Of a stretch of 64,000 bases of DNA, positions 41,837-55,800 are shown one piece after another. Source of the DNA: Chrysomallon squamiferum (lineage: Eukaryota > Animalia > Mollusca); contig CM022670.1 of NCBI GenBank assembly GCA_012295275.1, forward strand, positions 37,758,001-37,822,000. Reading direction: 5' to 3'. The number at the start of each line of letters is the position of its first letter. Within the stretch, counting starts at the first letter, position 1. Under the pieces are notes generated by a model that saw nothing but the letters and a program-made list of their open reading frames with translations, was not told where the DNA came from and searched no databases. Both the position numbers and the translations under genes were made by a program.

Positions 41837-44246
41837 TTAAAATGTCTAGTGGCCTGTTGGAATATTGCTACAGTATGTTCTGGTGCTATAGAGCCAAGTC
41901 AGGTTCGAAAGCTTTTTTTGAAAAAAAAAGCCATATTTTTTATTAATTAATGTCTGGTAAGGGAAATAACTCAGATAAACATAAATACAAAGCAGTCTCT
42001 GTTTCCCTTCAGCTTCTCATTAATAAGAATTTGTTAATAATTATATACATTACTAACCCATTACTAATTTGTTTTATGTATTTTCTTTAAATTTTAATCA
42101 AAAGGAAATCAGGTACATTAGACAATGTATAATTGTAGCATGTTTTAATCAAATAGTAATAAAATTATTTCATAAGCGGATGTGTTTTTCAGACCTGGTT
42201 GGTTATTTTTCCTGAAGGCACAAGATATAACCCTGAACTGCAGGATGTAATTAAAAAAAGCGAGCAATTTGCTATAGATCAAGGTAATAATAAAAATAGG
42301 AATAACTGGTGTTACTCAAGATATAACCTCAACATTTCAGATATCTTGAAATATATATTCAGTCAGTTACTTTTTCTAGTTACTTTGTGTTGTGCAGTAT
42401 TTAGATAGAAACATGCAGTGAAAAGATAATCTGATGAATATCAGTTGAATGAATCACATCATTAACAGTTTTAAACTAAAGTTTAGACAAATTTATTAAT
42501 TTTTATTTGTGAACATAATAACAGATTTTTTGTTTGTGCTGAAGTGTTGTAAAAACATTCATTTGTTCATGAAAGTGAATACATAATCAAAACATTCTGA
42601 GAAATTTTATTTCCCAGGTATAGAACTACTGTATGATTTATCAGTCTAAAATCATTTATATTAAATATTACAGGTTATGACACCAGTTTTTTGTTTTCTT
42701 ATGCAATTTATTTTAGAAATAGCTAATGATATTTCAGATCCTTTTAAATTCATAAGTTTCAAATAATGCTGAACACAGACTTCCAGAAGAAACTCTGCAT
42801 CTGGAATAACAGATAAATAAAATAATTAATAGAAAATTGTCGTCTGACATTTGTGAAGATAACAGATCCTGTAATAAACTAATATAGTGTTTATCTGCAG
42901 AGAAGCCCGAAGTTCAGAACATTCACATTACCACAGTACCAGATTTTGTGACAAGCTGCGTGTGTTTTATTACTTGTTTAATAAAATCATTTTCTGTGTT
43001 TTTCAGGTTACACACCTTTCAAACACGTACTGACACCGAGGTACAAAGCAGTGCAGGTGTCAATGAAACAGATGAGAAGTTTGCTTACAGCCGTCTATGA
43101 CATCACCATTGCATACAGCAACACGCAGGATGTCAAATCAAAAGAAAGACTGACTGCTCCAGGAATGATAGGTGAGTCTTTGTTTATCAGTTTTAAATAT
43201 TTCATTGATCATTAGAAAATATTTTCTCTGCCATTTAACTTTTTATTTTTAATTTATTTTTTTAGTAACAAGAAGGAATCTTGATTGCTTGTTCTAATAA
43301 AATTATGTAATTTTTTTCTCAAGTGGAAAATACTAAAATGTCTTCTTTATAGAGATATCTGTGTGTTTCATTGTTTTTTTGAGTTTCTTTCTTTTTTAAG
43401 GACATTTGTTAAAATTTGTATGAATGATTTCATGATAATAAAACAGGATTAGGCATTGTGGAGACTGTAACATTATTACACATAGCAATCCCACAGAAAA
43501 CAAGGACAAAAACTGTAGTGTATATGTTGCTTTATGTGTTTGTCATATTATATCCTTGTTTTCTAGAGTTTTTGTCAGGACAGTCACCACAGATACACAT
43601 ACATGTGAAGAGAATTGACATTGAAGAAGTCCCTGAAGAAGAAGATGAATTACGTGTCTGGCTAATGAAAAGATTTCAGGAAAAAGAAAAGTAATTTACG
43701 TTTGTCTAATACCATCTAGTTGTGTTTTGTTCCTTTTTTAATTTATTTTTTTAAAGGCTATTTTTCTATATTTAAATTTCTAGGTTAGAATTGACTGTAT
43801 CATTAGTATTTTGTGATCAAACATACTTTTGAAGAATTAATATTTTTATTCTATAGTCCATACTGTTATTTCCTAGTTGTAAATGGAGTTAAATAAAGAT
43901 ATTAATTTATTCTGTAGTCCATACTATTATTTCCTACTTGTAAATGGAGTTAAATAAAGATGTTAAGTCAAGAATGAAGTGTAAATGCTTCTTGTGTTGG
44001 GCACACATACTAAATTTTCTTTCTCTTTACAGATTACTTTCACATTTCTACTCAGAGGAAGGTGCTAATCAGTTCCCTGGAAATCCAATCAAATCAAAAC
44101 TGAAACTAAAATCAACGTTACCGTCATTTCTGGTGTGGGGTGGGTTCCTTGCGGCCATTCTAGCCACATCACCTGGCCGGTCCATATACTGGAAAACGTT
44201 TCTTGGCTACAGTGTCGCTGGGTGTATTTGGATGACTATTAGATGA
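40009..44246 (+). CDS. AGPAT5: 1-acyl-sn-glycerol-3-phosphate acyltransferase epsilon (LPAAT5), about 366 aa if the exon-1 frameshift is corrected
   Basis: Exons 40009-40226 (1-nt deficit at about 40062-40064), 40713-40794, 41180-41295, 41609-41698, 42193-42283, 43007-43171, 43567-43690, 44033-44246. Acyltransferase motifs NHQCTVDW, YVKR, VIFPEGTRY, HVLTPR, AVYDITIAY; the N-terminus MLLSLV..., FFFENCTGVE and the hydrophobic C-tail are AGPAT5-type. Confidence 0.93.
43845..43966. repeat. 61-bp tandem duplication in AGPAT5 intron 7
   Basis: TTTATTCTATAGTCCATACTGTTATTTCCTAGTTGTAAATGGAGTTAAATAAAGATATTAA occurs at 43845 and 43906 with a few substitutions. Confidence 0.9.
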
Positions 44247-44639
44247 GTGTTTGAGTTCTGACATTTTGAAGATAACTGTTTTTGGAAAAAAAGATGTGCC
44301 AAGTACTGAAGTATTAATGATGATGACCATTTTGAGATCAGTAAAGCATTGATTACAATCCAGAAATAAAATCAAAAATAACTTTATCTTTTGAACCAAA
44401 TTTTCCATTTCATTATCACACCAGAACATTTTTATTTATTTGTTTGACATCAACCATCCATTGTTTTCTTTTGATTTCTTTCATACTTTGGTTTAATGTA
44501 ACATGCATAATGAAATTATGTTTATGCTGTTAGGCATAATTAAATTGTGGTCATGCTTTGTAACAACTTACAGCTTTGTGAAACTGGTGTTATATTTTGT
44601 ATCTAATATTTCTAGAAAAGGACTTGGAAAGAGTATTTT

Positions 44640-44674
<35 letters not shown>

Positions 44675-47600
44675 TTTAACAATAAGTGTGTTCCTGTATT
44701 GCAGTTTGTTTCGAAACTATGTTCATGTTATGTTACACAGTAAACTTTAGAGCATAGTAATGCAGATTTGTAATATTAATATACTGTGAAACAGTTGTTG
44801 TTTTGTGTTAAAATTATATAGTATATTTTTTAAGTGTTACATAACAGATACCTGTGAAAATAATATATGCTGTATTTGTCTGGGTTGTACAATATAATGT
44901 CTGTACAAGATAATCATAAACCATATGAGAAAAAAAAAGGTGTGTCTCCTGCAAAAACTTAGAGGACTGAATGTTTGAAAACGGGAGAAAAATGAGTTTA
45001 TAAATGCAGTATTTAATGAATATGATTATGCATAATGAAATAAAGTTTAATGTAAGCCATTATTTTGTTTGATACAGTTTAAAGAATTTGCATGGCAAAA
45101 TTATTAATACACTGTGTGCAGCTTGCTTTTTAACTGAATGGTAATTACTGATCTTTTTCAAAGAAAACAAAGGAATAAAATTAATTCTGTGTTGTTATTT
45201 CTTATAATGTTTTTGTTTTATTAATCCATTGTTGCCGAATGGTTTGTTACCAGTAAGGCGGCCAGGAACTAGAGTCAAGGTATAGCAAATAATGAATGTT
45301 AATACTCTGGGTTTTCAGATAAGTGTTTTACTGCAGCTTATAATAATTTAATGTTTCCTTTATGCAGGAATAGGAGGGCTCCTTTTTGAGTCTGACATTC
45401 AGGAAATACCTGCCCTCATTTGCCTAAATTCTCAATAAAATGTACTGATAATTATCTTGTCTATAATTGTTGTCTTTTGAGTTCTAAGAAACAAATATAA
45501 ATAATATTTTTAGCATAGAGTTTAACTACGAGACCTTGTCAATTCTGCCCATTTGAAGATGAGTAATATAAACAAAAATGCCCCTTTTTCAGTCTGGGGG
45601 AAAACACTATAAGTATTCTATTTAAAAAGAAATGGATGTTTTCAAACCTCTGATGTCAGTACTAATAACTTTCCAAATTCAGATGTAAATAACTTTCCTA
45701 ACTTTAATTGTTTTAAATATATTTTTGCCCTCTTAATATTTTATTATATTATTTTGACAAAGTGTATATCTATATATATGTATACACACACAAACAGAAA
45801 TACACAGATGTGGATAAAAGTCAATTTGTTTTTATAATGCCATATGCCCTTGAATATAAAACATACAAAGTTTTGTTGGTGTTAACAGAGATAACATGCA
45901 ATACTTGAATCTTTCAGGAAACACATGCACAAAATTTTTCTAAACATTTAAAAAAAAAACTTAATTTTTTAAATACAATACTTGACTCTTCACTGATATT
46001 TACTAATAAAATACTAATATTTATTGTTTTACTTTGAGTATAATGTGTTTTATATTTTTATTTTTCTATTTTATTAAATTGTATGTATATGCTATATATA
46101 GATTTAAAACCTTTGAAGATTAATAATTTCATACTTAAAAGTGGCATGTAGACAGTATTAAAGCAGTCTGTAATTATTTTATATCTGTTGTCTTTTTTTT
46201 TTCCAAAATATTCTACTTCAAGGGTTTGAGAAGGCAAAATAATGTGTTCTAAAATGAAAGTAAATAACAATATTTTTCACAGTAATTAAAACTGAACATT
46301 AAGAATAATTAATTATACACTTTTCTCTCATATAATATAAAGTATTGCAGATTATTTTAAGAAGACTAGATAAAATTGTGTGTTTGTGTGTGTGTATATA
46401 TGTGTGTGAATGGTAAATAAATAATAACATTTTTACAAAATGGCTTTTTAAATAAATTTATTGTCTCTTAGCATAGAACTGCAAAAACAACTTTAATTAA
46501 TGTGACATTTCATTAAATTGTTAACTTATTTTTTCTAAATGCATGAAATCAACAAATTATAATAATTAAAAAATAAAATAAAAATAAAGACATTATAAAA
46601 TCCAGTATATACAATAGTAATTAATAGTAACTGACACAAAATACTAATACATTTATAGAAATAAAATTTGAATAAATAATAACAGCAGCACGTGTATATA
46701 ATACTAGAATAATGAGTAATTAGTTTAAACTTTTATAGCAAACGAAGCAACAAAGCTAAACAAATTCATTACAAGCTATTTAACAAGCACTCTTTTCCTC
46801 TGGTAAGAAACTGAAAAGTTTTTTAATTTGTTCATCTTGAAAGTCATATGCAGCACAGGAACTTCTTATGCACTTTTGTGAAATCATTGCATGTCAATAT
46901 CAAACTATTTAATTATTATAATTTTGTTTTCAAGACTACAGAATATAGGAAAAATATAAACAAAAAAAAATAAATAATTAATAAATAACATTCCTAATAA
47001 AATTGAATAAATCACTGTAAAGATTATAATAAAGGGAAACATAAATTTATTATTCTATTATTTTTCTTTATTACAGAATGGTCACCTTTAACAACATTCC
47101 AAAAATACAAAATATATTTAAACTTTATAACTGTACCATAACAATTAACTTTGTCTACATTTAAACTAATGTTCCTATTTTTCTACTACATTTTATTTTT
47201 ATTTATTTATTTATTTATTTAAATATTTATTTATTTATTTTATAAAACCATGAGCCAATAAAATAAACTAGTTATTATCAAAGATATTTAACAAATCTAA
47301 TCCTTTTGAAGTATCTATTTAGCAATACAAAATAAAACATAAACACTGTAATGAAACCAAAAAATTTCTATTCACAGTTAAACTGAGAATCTGAAGCAAA
47401 TAACAAGCAGGGTATAATTCAATGCTCACATGACATATTAGACACATTATTATACACACACACACAGTTTGTTTGGTTGTCTTAAGCACCACAGTGTTAA
47501 TATGCATTTGAAAATGAACATGCACATTTATTATTCCTCACTGAAAACCTTTAGAGACACACCATATAATCTAATAATGATATATAAAGTCTACATTGCA

Positions 47601-49173
47601 ATGGTGCATATGGAAAACAAAAGTACAATGTGTAACACAGACATACGTACAAACGGACAAACACGCACATATACTCACTTAACCAAGTATATGTGGATAA
47701 TTATTCAAAAATTGTTTAAAATGTGCAATATATACATAGATTATACACTTGATTACAAACATGTCAAAATGTAATCAGGTTCAAACTAGATTAAATTCTA
47801 TTCAGAAAAGAAACTAGCCAAAGTCTATTTAATCACAATAAATCAAGTTTTGTATAGTAAAAGGAAATTCACATATCCATAAAAGATAATTTCTTTAGGA
47901 ACTGCAGTCAAAAATAAAAAAAAGGAAATTACTGTGACAATAAAGCCAAAGATAATTAAAATCTTAATCACAGTTTTCTCCTTGAATTTAAATCTGAAAT
48001 GTAAAATACTGACAGAATTTACACATTAAACATTATAATAATTTTTAACAGATCAACAGTATTTTAATTTCATTTTGCTTATGCTTAGAAAGTCCACAAA
48101 TGTATTGGTAATATCTCACTGGAATTACCCTAGTAAACATCACATTTTAAAACAACAGATTTTCTAAATATCATAAAAACTGGCTAAAACTTACCATTTC
48201 ACTAAACAGCATGAGCATTTTAAAGGTGTCTGCTTATTTCACAAAATAAAATTCAGCATTGATATGAATTGTAGCATTTCCATTTTTTTTTTTTTAATCA
48301 CTGAACTTTAGCCAAACTTTTCTTTCCATCCAGAATTAGTTTCCAGAAGAAATGATGTAGATGTTTTTCTTTTTATGAGGTTTTTTTCCTTCTGTTTTTT
48401 TTTTTACAAAACCATATACACTTATATAATTCTATGAAATAAGCACAAAATGACCAGCAGCACATTTCCACAAGAGTAATACAAAAAAAAAAAAAAAAGA
48501 GATAGAAGCTCCCATGTTTTGTGTAGTTTTGAACATTCAGATAAATGCTCTATCATTTAGTTTTGGATAGCAGACATTTGTTATTTTAAACAAAGTTTTC
48601 AGATGAAATCCCTTGGGAAAGCACATGTCATCCATGAAACATTTATTAATAATGAAGATGTGTAATAATAAAGTTTTTAACCATCCATTTTCACATTTTA
48701 TACTCACAATCAGCAGGCACAATATGATACTTCTCACATTCAGAATAATAAATATTTCCATTTACATTCCTTACAGTTATACTTTAAAATTTAATTGAAA
48801 CTTAAATTATGAAGAAAACTAATGACCTTGTTTGTGCAGTATTTTAATAAAGAAAATTTTATTTAAAAAAAAAAAAAAAAATAAAATAATTTTTTTTTTT
48901 TTTAAAAAAAAAAAAAAACTTAAAAATAAAAATAAAAATAATAGTAATTAAATAAAGTTTATTGTATAAATGAAAATAATAATGAAGAAGATTTACATCT
49001 TATTCTGGCAATACCTAATGTACCATACGTAAATCATGAAATTAACCCAATGCAAATGGCTGAGGTAAAATGAAATGTGATAGCATCTCTTACGTATATT
49101 TGTTCTTTGTGTTATCTTACCTCTTCTTTCACTTTAATTTAGTTCATATATACATATACATATATATATATAA

Positions 49174-50936
49174 TCACACTACACATTCTTCTTCTGATTC
49201 AGTACCAGATGCAGGACTTCCATCTTCCACCTCATTATAAATGTGAGATTCAGTCTCCTGCAGATTGGAATGAACGTCTTCCACTTGCTCTGCGAGTACG
49301 TTGCTATTATCATTAACATTATCTTCTGACGACAGCTGCGAATCAGCCAGCTCGTTCAGGTAAACTGGAGGGGAGACAGAGTCATAATTTCCATCACCAA
49401 GTCGCAACTGTTCCAGATTAGCAGACAGTTCCTGTTCTGCTGCGGGGTTGTTGTTGGGGGGACTTTCCGCTGGGGTCTGTGGTGTTTGTGGGGTATTGTA
49501 CGGTGTTGGCGGTGACAGAGAATTTGTGTAACCGTTGTCTCTGTCCACCTGCTGAGTAAATGGAATAGGGACAATGATCTGCTGATTTCCGATAGTTGCC
49601 GACTGAACTACCTCGTCGCCATCTGCAACCGGACGATCGTTCGACTGCGGTTCATTTGACCTGTTTCTCAGGCTAAGTCCAGCTATGCCCTTTTTCGTCG
49701 AAATGTTGTTTGCCAGATCTCGTTTTATTTTCCTTTTCTTCGTTCGGTCGTTCCTGCGACACTGAACCATATTCTCCAGATCGATGACGTACAGAAATCC
49801 AGCTATGAGCATCTCGAACGCTTTGTCACCTTTCTTGTAATGATTCTCTAAGTCAGTGCTCGTGCGGTCATCATACAACCACCAGCCATTAACTCCTTCA
49901 TAAAACCACTGATAACCATTGTCAAAAGTCAACGATTCCTGCAAATCCTCTTTCCGCATCAAGTTTGGGTGTCTGAAGTAGTCTGCAGGAATTTCCTGGC
50001 GACAGAGGGCACATTTTTTGCTTCGGTTAGCCACACCTTTCACACAGAGAAAGCAAAAAATATGCTGACATGGCAAAAGAACTGGATATATTGCAGGCTG
50101 TAGACAGACTGGGCAGTCAGGCTGAGTTGGTGTCTCATCTAGAAAATAAAGCCAAAGTTGTAAACTTTAGTCATATTTTTTGTTTTTTTTTTTTTTATTC
50201 TTTTGATTTATTCTTCAAAATAAATATAAAAATATAAATAAACATATTGTCATTGTATTTGAAATTAATTTTTTCATACGGTTTTGACATGAATACATAC
50301 ATATTTCATTTCGTTGAATAAGGATGTATGTGGGGATTATTAGTAGTCTAAAATAAATTGTATATGGGTATTAGATAAGAAATAAACATGACAATAATAT
50401 ACAGTAATGTTCTGAAAACAATGAATTGAATTAATAAAAAATCATGTGTCCAGTTACAGTTGACATTTACATATGTCTCAAAAACAAACCATAAAACAAC
50501 TATATGTATACTATGATATACTATGATATAGAATTAGTTTAAATTTAATTATAAACAAATAAAAAACTGTTTATCTCAAACTATGATAGTGATACATAGT
50601 TTAATAATAGTTACGAGTAACGATAGTACTAATAAATAATTATACTATTAACCTTTATTATCGCTATCTACTTTTAGAATCAGTCATTGGTACTAGTAAC
50701 TATCATAGTATCAAGAAAAAATCACGACAGTCGTCTAGTCGTTAGCCATATAATGATATCAAAATTTATTTAGTGATTCAATTGTCATATGAAAATATAA
50801 ACGGTCTCCTACCATCTTTAGCTTTTTGGAGCTTGTGGTTTTCAGAAATCTCAGCTTTTAAATCATTATCTTTATTTATTGTTGATCTTGGTCCTGCACC
50901 ACTGTTTTCTGAATCACTACCACCATTAGATTCCAT
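49174..50936 (-). CDS. RNF146: PAR-dependent E3 ubiquitin ligase RNF146/Iduna (RING + WWE), about 362 aa
   Basis: Minus-strand exons 50936-50813 (caacATGg, phase-1 GT donor) and 50138-49174 (TTTTCTAG acceptor). C3HC4 RING CPVCLQPAIYPVLLPCQHIFCFLCVKG...CALCRQEI; WWE YQWFYEGVNGWWLYDDRTS...LIAGFLYVIDLENMVQCRRND...RKIKRD...KKGIAGL. Confidence 0.95.
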
Positions 50937-51433
50937 GTTGTTTCATAAATGATTACAGACAATAACAAACCGCATTATATCCGATTGCTTAATATTCAGC
51001 CATTCTTCCTCGTTTTCCTTCTTTTTGTCCTTAATATTTTGAACATTCAAGTCCCAAGACACCTTGCAATTGAAAAGTGAGAAAATATAAAATTTGAAGA
51101 TTATTTAATGTATAATGCAAAAGATATTTCAATTATATCTTAAAATATCATACACTTTTCAAAGGTCAAAATGTCACATTATCACAAACAATAGTTAAAA
51201 CATTCATTACCAATGGAAAAACACTGTCACAGTGCTGTAACGCAAACCACAAGTTTCTGTAACAAACGCAATAATTAATAACTCTAAACCCACAAAAAAC
51301 AATTACTTTAAATCAAATTATACCCACAGTTAACTGATAATATTTACTAAACTATCAGGCAAATAATATTTCTTTCACAATTTGATGATGTTCCAAAGTC
51401 AAAAGGTGGAATTTTAAAACATATTAATCAACC
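50937..51433. promoter_or_regulatory. Divergent (bidirectional) promoter and 5'UTR region shared by RNF146 and eIF3e
   Basis: The start codons at 50936 (-) and 51434 (+) are 497 bp apart and point away from each other. Confidence 0.7.
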
Positions 51434-52805
51434 ATGGCGGAGTTCGATTTGACCACGCGTATGGGTCAATATTTAGACCGCCATTTAGTTTTTCCTTTAC
51501 TTGAATTTTTGTCTGTAAGACAGGTAATATGTTAATATAAATACCAGTTATGTAGATATTGATTTATACAATGTTATACACATCCTTCGCCTTTTATATA
51601 CTAATCCATATGCATTGATTATAATGATGATCACATCACTATCAAAAGTATCATTTTTGTTCTCACTTCCAAGTTCCTTTCTTGTTTTACTTATTTAATT
51701 TTGTAATCGTCCAGAAGGAAGGAAAACAATTAATATTTTATTTGAACTAGCAGAATTATATATAAAACTAAATTATCTGTTGTTAAAGTTTTTAAATAAA
51801 ACGTTCTACAGAAACTTGAAGTTTGTGTAATGTGGACACTGACAAACCATTATGATTATCAATACACATAAAGAATACGATTATTCATTAAATGTAATTT
51901 TGTTGAGCATTTTCAATTTTCAGTTTTCAGTTATTGTGTAATGATTTGTTTTTCTTAATGAATTATAATGTTACTAATACAGCATTTCTTAAGTATCATT
52001 ATGCTGTAATTTCAGTCATTAGCCGATTAGGGATACTGATGACACTCATTTGCCAGTTATAAAATCAATTTTTTTTTCTAAATGATACTAGACAAAATAA
52101 ACCTACGCAGAGTACACACTTCAAATGCTGTTCAGTTTTTAAACTTTGAAAAAAAAAAAAAAAGATGGGATTGACAGCATTTTAAATGAATAAATGATTT
52201 TATAGTTTTGTATTTTATACTGTGAATCAAACTTTAATCTGTGTTGTTTTTACATTTATTAACTATTAATAGTATTATATTAATTCATAGTTATTTAGAA
52301 GATGTTTACTAAAAGATTACTGTAGTACATAAATTATGATATTTAGATTTCAATATAATAAATAAATCTTAGTATTTTTATTTAAGTTGTTAATATTTTA
52401 TTTTAGCTTCACGATGAAAAAGAAATGCTCTGTGGTAAACTGGAACTTCTTAGCAACACCAACATGGTGGATTTTGCAATGGATGTACACAGAACACTCT
52501 ACCCAGACTCCCCTGTTCCAGAAAGTATGTTTTTGCATTTATTATAACTCTTTTTGTTAAACTTTATTTAAAATTAATTTTACAAAATTCTTTTTGCACG
52601 ATCAATTACATTTTAGTCAGGTCAGCTAAAATTTGTGTTACAGTAATAGTTTACAAATATTGTATACACTGTTATAACTACAGTTAGTTAATTATTTTCA
52701 AGCCCACTGGTGTTCAGAGCAGAATGTTTATGTCTATCATCCATGCCTACATTAAAACACATACAATTATAATTTACATGGAAAGAGGTAAAATTCAGGA
52801 TTATT

Positions 52806-52853
<48 letters not shown>

Positions 52854-55800
52854 AAACTGTGATGTCTATACATTCTCTCTGTTGAAATGATCCCATGTTG
52901 CAAAAGGGGACAACATTTTTTTTCTGAAGTTATCACTGTAAAAATTATATGTCACTGACATCAAAAGACTTAAAATTAGCAGTCTTTCTGTATTTTTAAA
53001 CACAATTTAATTCATTTTGTTCTCACCACAGCACTGAAGGAAAAGAGGCAGCAGGTTGTGTCTCAGTTGAAGAAACTGCAGGCTGATACAGAAATTATCA
53101 CCACCATTTTTGAAGATCCTGAAGTAGCTCGTCAGATTCAGAGTTCAAGGTTAAAATATTTTTAATTTTCATTTCTTCAAAGAAACAAACAAAATCAAAT
53201 TTGTGTAATGTTTTGATATTATAATCAGGTGGAAGTAAATGTTTTGAGAATTAATATAAAATTGAAGTAAATACTTGTAGTATCAAGCTGATGAGATTGT
53301 GTTTTATGTTTTGTCAGAAAAAATATTGTAAATATTTAATCTAATACCAATTTTTTTTTCCCCAACATTTACAGGGATGGAAGGCAGTTATTTGATTTTC
53401 TTCATAAAGAACATGGTGTAAGTATATTTACATTTTACTGTATAATACAAAGAGAAATCTCAAAAAAGATTGTGAAAAACTGAATAGGCAGCAATGAGCT
53501 TGTGTTTAATACATCAACACATCTCCAAAATGCATCCTGGAACACATGGCAGAAAAAAAATATATTGAGGTGTTAATTAAATATTTATATTTGTTAATTT
53601 AGTGGCTTGCCTGATTTTATATTGTTATTCTTTTTATTATAATCAATTTTTTGTTTTTTTTAACAGTTTCGGTCTGATATGGTTGAGACCCTGTACAATT
53701 ACGCAAAGTTCCAGTACGAATGTGGCAACTATTCTGGTGCTGCTGAATACTTGTATTTTGTCAGAGTTCTGGTGAGTAGTATATTTTTAGAACTTAATTA
53801 ATAATACTTGCTTGTGTAATCTTCATAATACTTCATGACTACTGCACATACTGACTTGTTATTGCTCGTGATTCTGCATTCTTTTGTATTTCTTAAACCC
53901 CCCCAAAACAACGAGCCAAGACAAATCATCATAAAGCATGAGTTATCATTGATTTGTCTGCAGTTGTAAGTTTAAGAGTCAGATCAGTATTTTCAGGTGT
54001 GTGGTGAAGTTTCACATTTTTACTTTACAATCTAATACAGCAAAGAAAATGGAGAATGCTGACAAAAATGTATTTACCTGTCTCTCTCCCTAATTTCATT
54101 TAAATTTGCAGATCATTATTTTATTTTTTATTCTTTCTAAAGAATTATGAAAGATAAAGTACTAATATTTACCTGTTGATGTTTTTTGTTTTTCAGTTTA
54201 TGTACAATGTTGTTTTCTTTAATTTGTATTCACATCATTTTCATGTTTATAACCTAACAGGTAGTGACAGAAAGAGCATTAATAATAATTACATCATTTC
54301 TATGTGATAAATTCTATTTTTATATAATCTAACATTAATAGCTGTTTCTCTTTGTCTAAGTGAATGTGAGTATGTGTGTGTGTGTGTGTGTGTGTCTTTA
54401 TTCTCTTGAATATATCATCAATATCTTGTGTTTTGAAAATAAAATAACTTGACATTTCTCTCATTCAGTTCAGTAATTGTCATCAATCTAAAACTATGTA
54501 AACACTAATAAAAACTTTTTTTTTTTTTAATATTGAATTTCTAAAGTTCTGTGTAATACATACAATATTATTTAACACACAACATTTTTTTATTATCACT
54601 GTTAGGTACCCCAACAGATAGATAAGAACTTTCTGAATGCTCTGTGGGGTAAATTGGCATCAGAAATTCTGATGCAAAACTGGGACGTGGCACTGGAAGA
54701 TCTTCAGAGATTGAAAGATGTTATCGATTCTAATGTAAGTTTATATCAGTCAAATGCATAATTTTTGTAATGAGAAAAATTTAGTATATATATATATTAT
54801 GTAGGTTTCTTGTGTTATTTTCTTTCCCTGGGAATATGATATTAAAAAAACTTTTATGTATATTTTTTTAATTTAAAAATATTTTTTTGTTGTTTAATTA
54901 CCATTTTCAGGCTCTATTTTGTAGGTGAATAAAATAATTAAACAGTAAAATCAATAAAACAGATAAATTGGGGGAAAAAAAATATTTTGTTAACAAGATA
55001 CATAATTTCATGAGAATTTTTAATTTAACATTATTTATTTTTATAATCATGTCATACATTGCCTACCTATAAAACTTACCCATCAAACTTGTAAATATTC
55101 CAGGATTCATACAGTGTATTTTATTTAATTTTGTAGACATTTGCTACAGCTTTGCAGTCTCTACAACAAAGGACCTGGCTTATTCACTGGAGTCTGTTTG
55201 TATTTTTTAACCACCAGAAAGGTCGTGACCTCATCATTGACATGTTTCTTTATCAACCACTGTAAGTAAACTTTAAAATTAGCTTCATTCAGTTTTTACA
55301 AAGATGTAACCTTTTACATATCTTTCTTCTCAAAAGAAAAGGAAACTGTTTTGGTTTTGTAATTAAATATTTAATAGATTCAAGAAAAGCCATTTAAGAA
55401 AATAAATTTATTCTGAACTGCCTTAAGTTGCTAGTGAAACTTAAATCCAAAACATATTTATCTGTTAACCTGAGCTTTTGTCCAAACATTATATCTTTAA
55501 ACATTAAAGTTTTCTGCTCTCTTCACCTTCTTGAAGAAAACCATAGGTGTGTGTGAATTTCATATTTTGACATTGATTTTTTATATTTTGTTGAAAACCT
55601 TAAACAAGATGAAGTTTGTGTAAAGACTTATGTTTTAAGAAGTGTTTTGCTAGTTGTTGTTCAGGTATCTAAATGCAGTTCAGACACATAGATTAATTTT
55701 GTGTCCACACATAAATTTTTGCTATTTTTGTTGTAAAATGAATTCAGACAATGTGTATTTAAAGAAATGTTTTGCTGTTTGTTGTTCAGGTATCTAAATG

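Noticed and set aside
45322-45608. Possible old hAT-like element (AGTGTTTT...CAG and CTGGGGGAAAACACT ends)
   Set aside because: The TIR match is weak and no TSD is evident.
49356-49574. 72-aa alternative-frame ORF inside RNF146 exon 2
   Set aside because: Non-ATG start; a shadow frame of a GC-richer coding exon.
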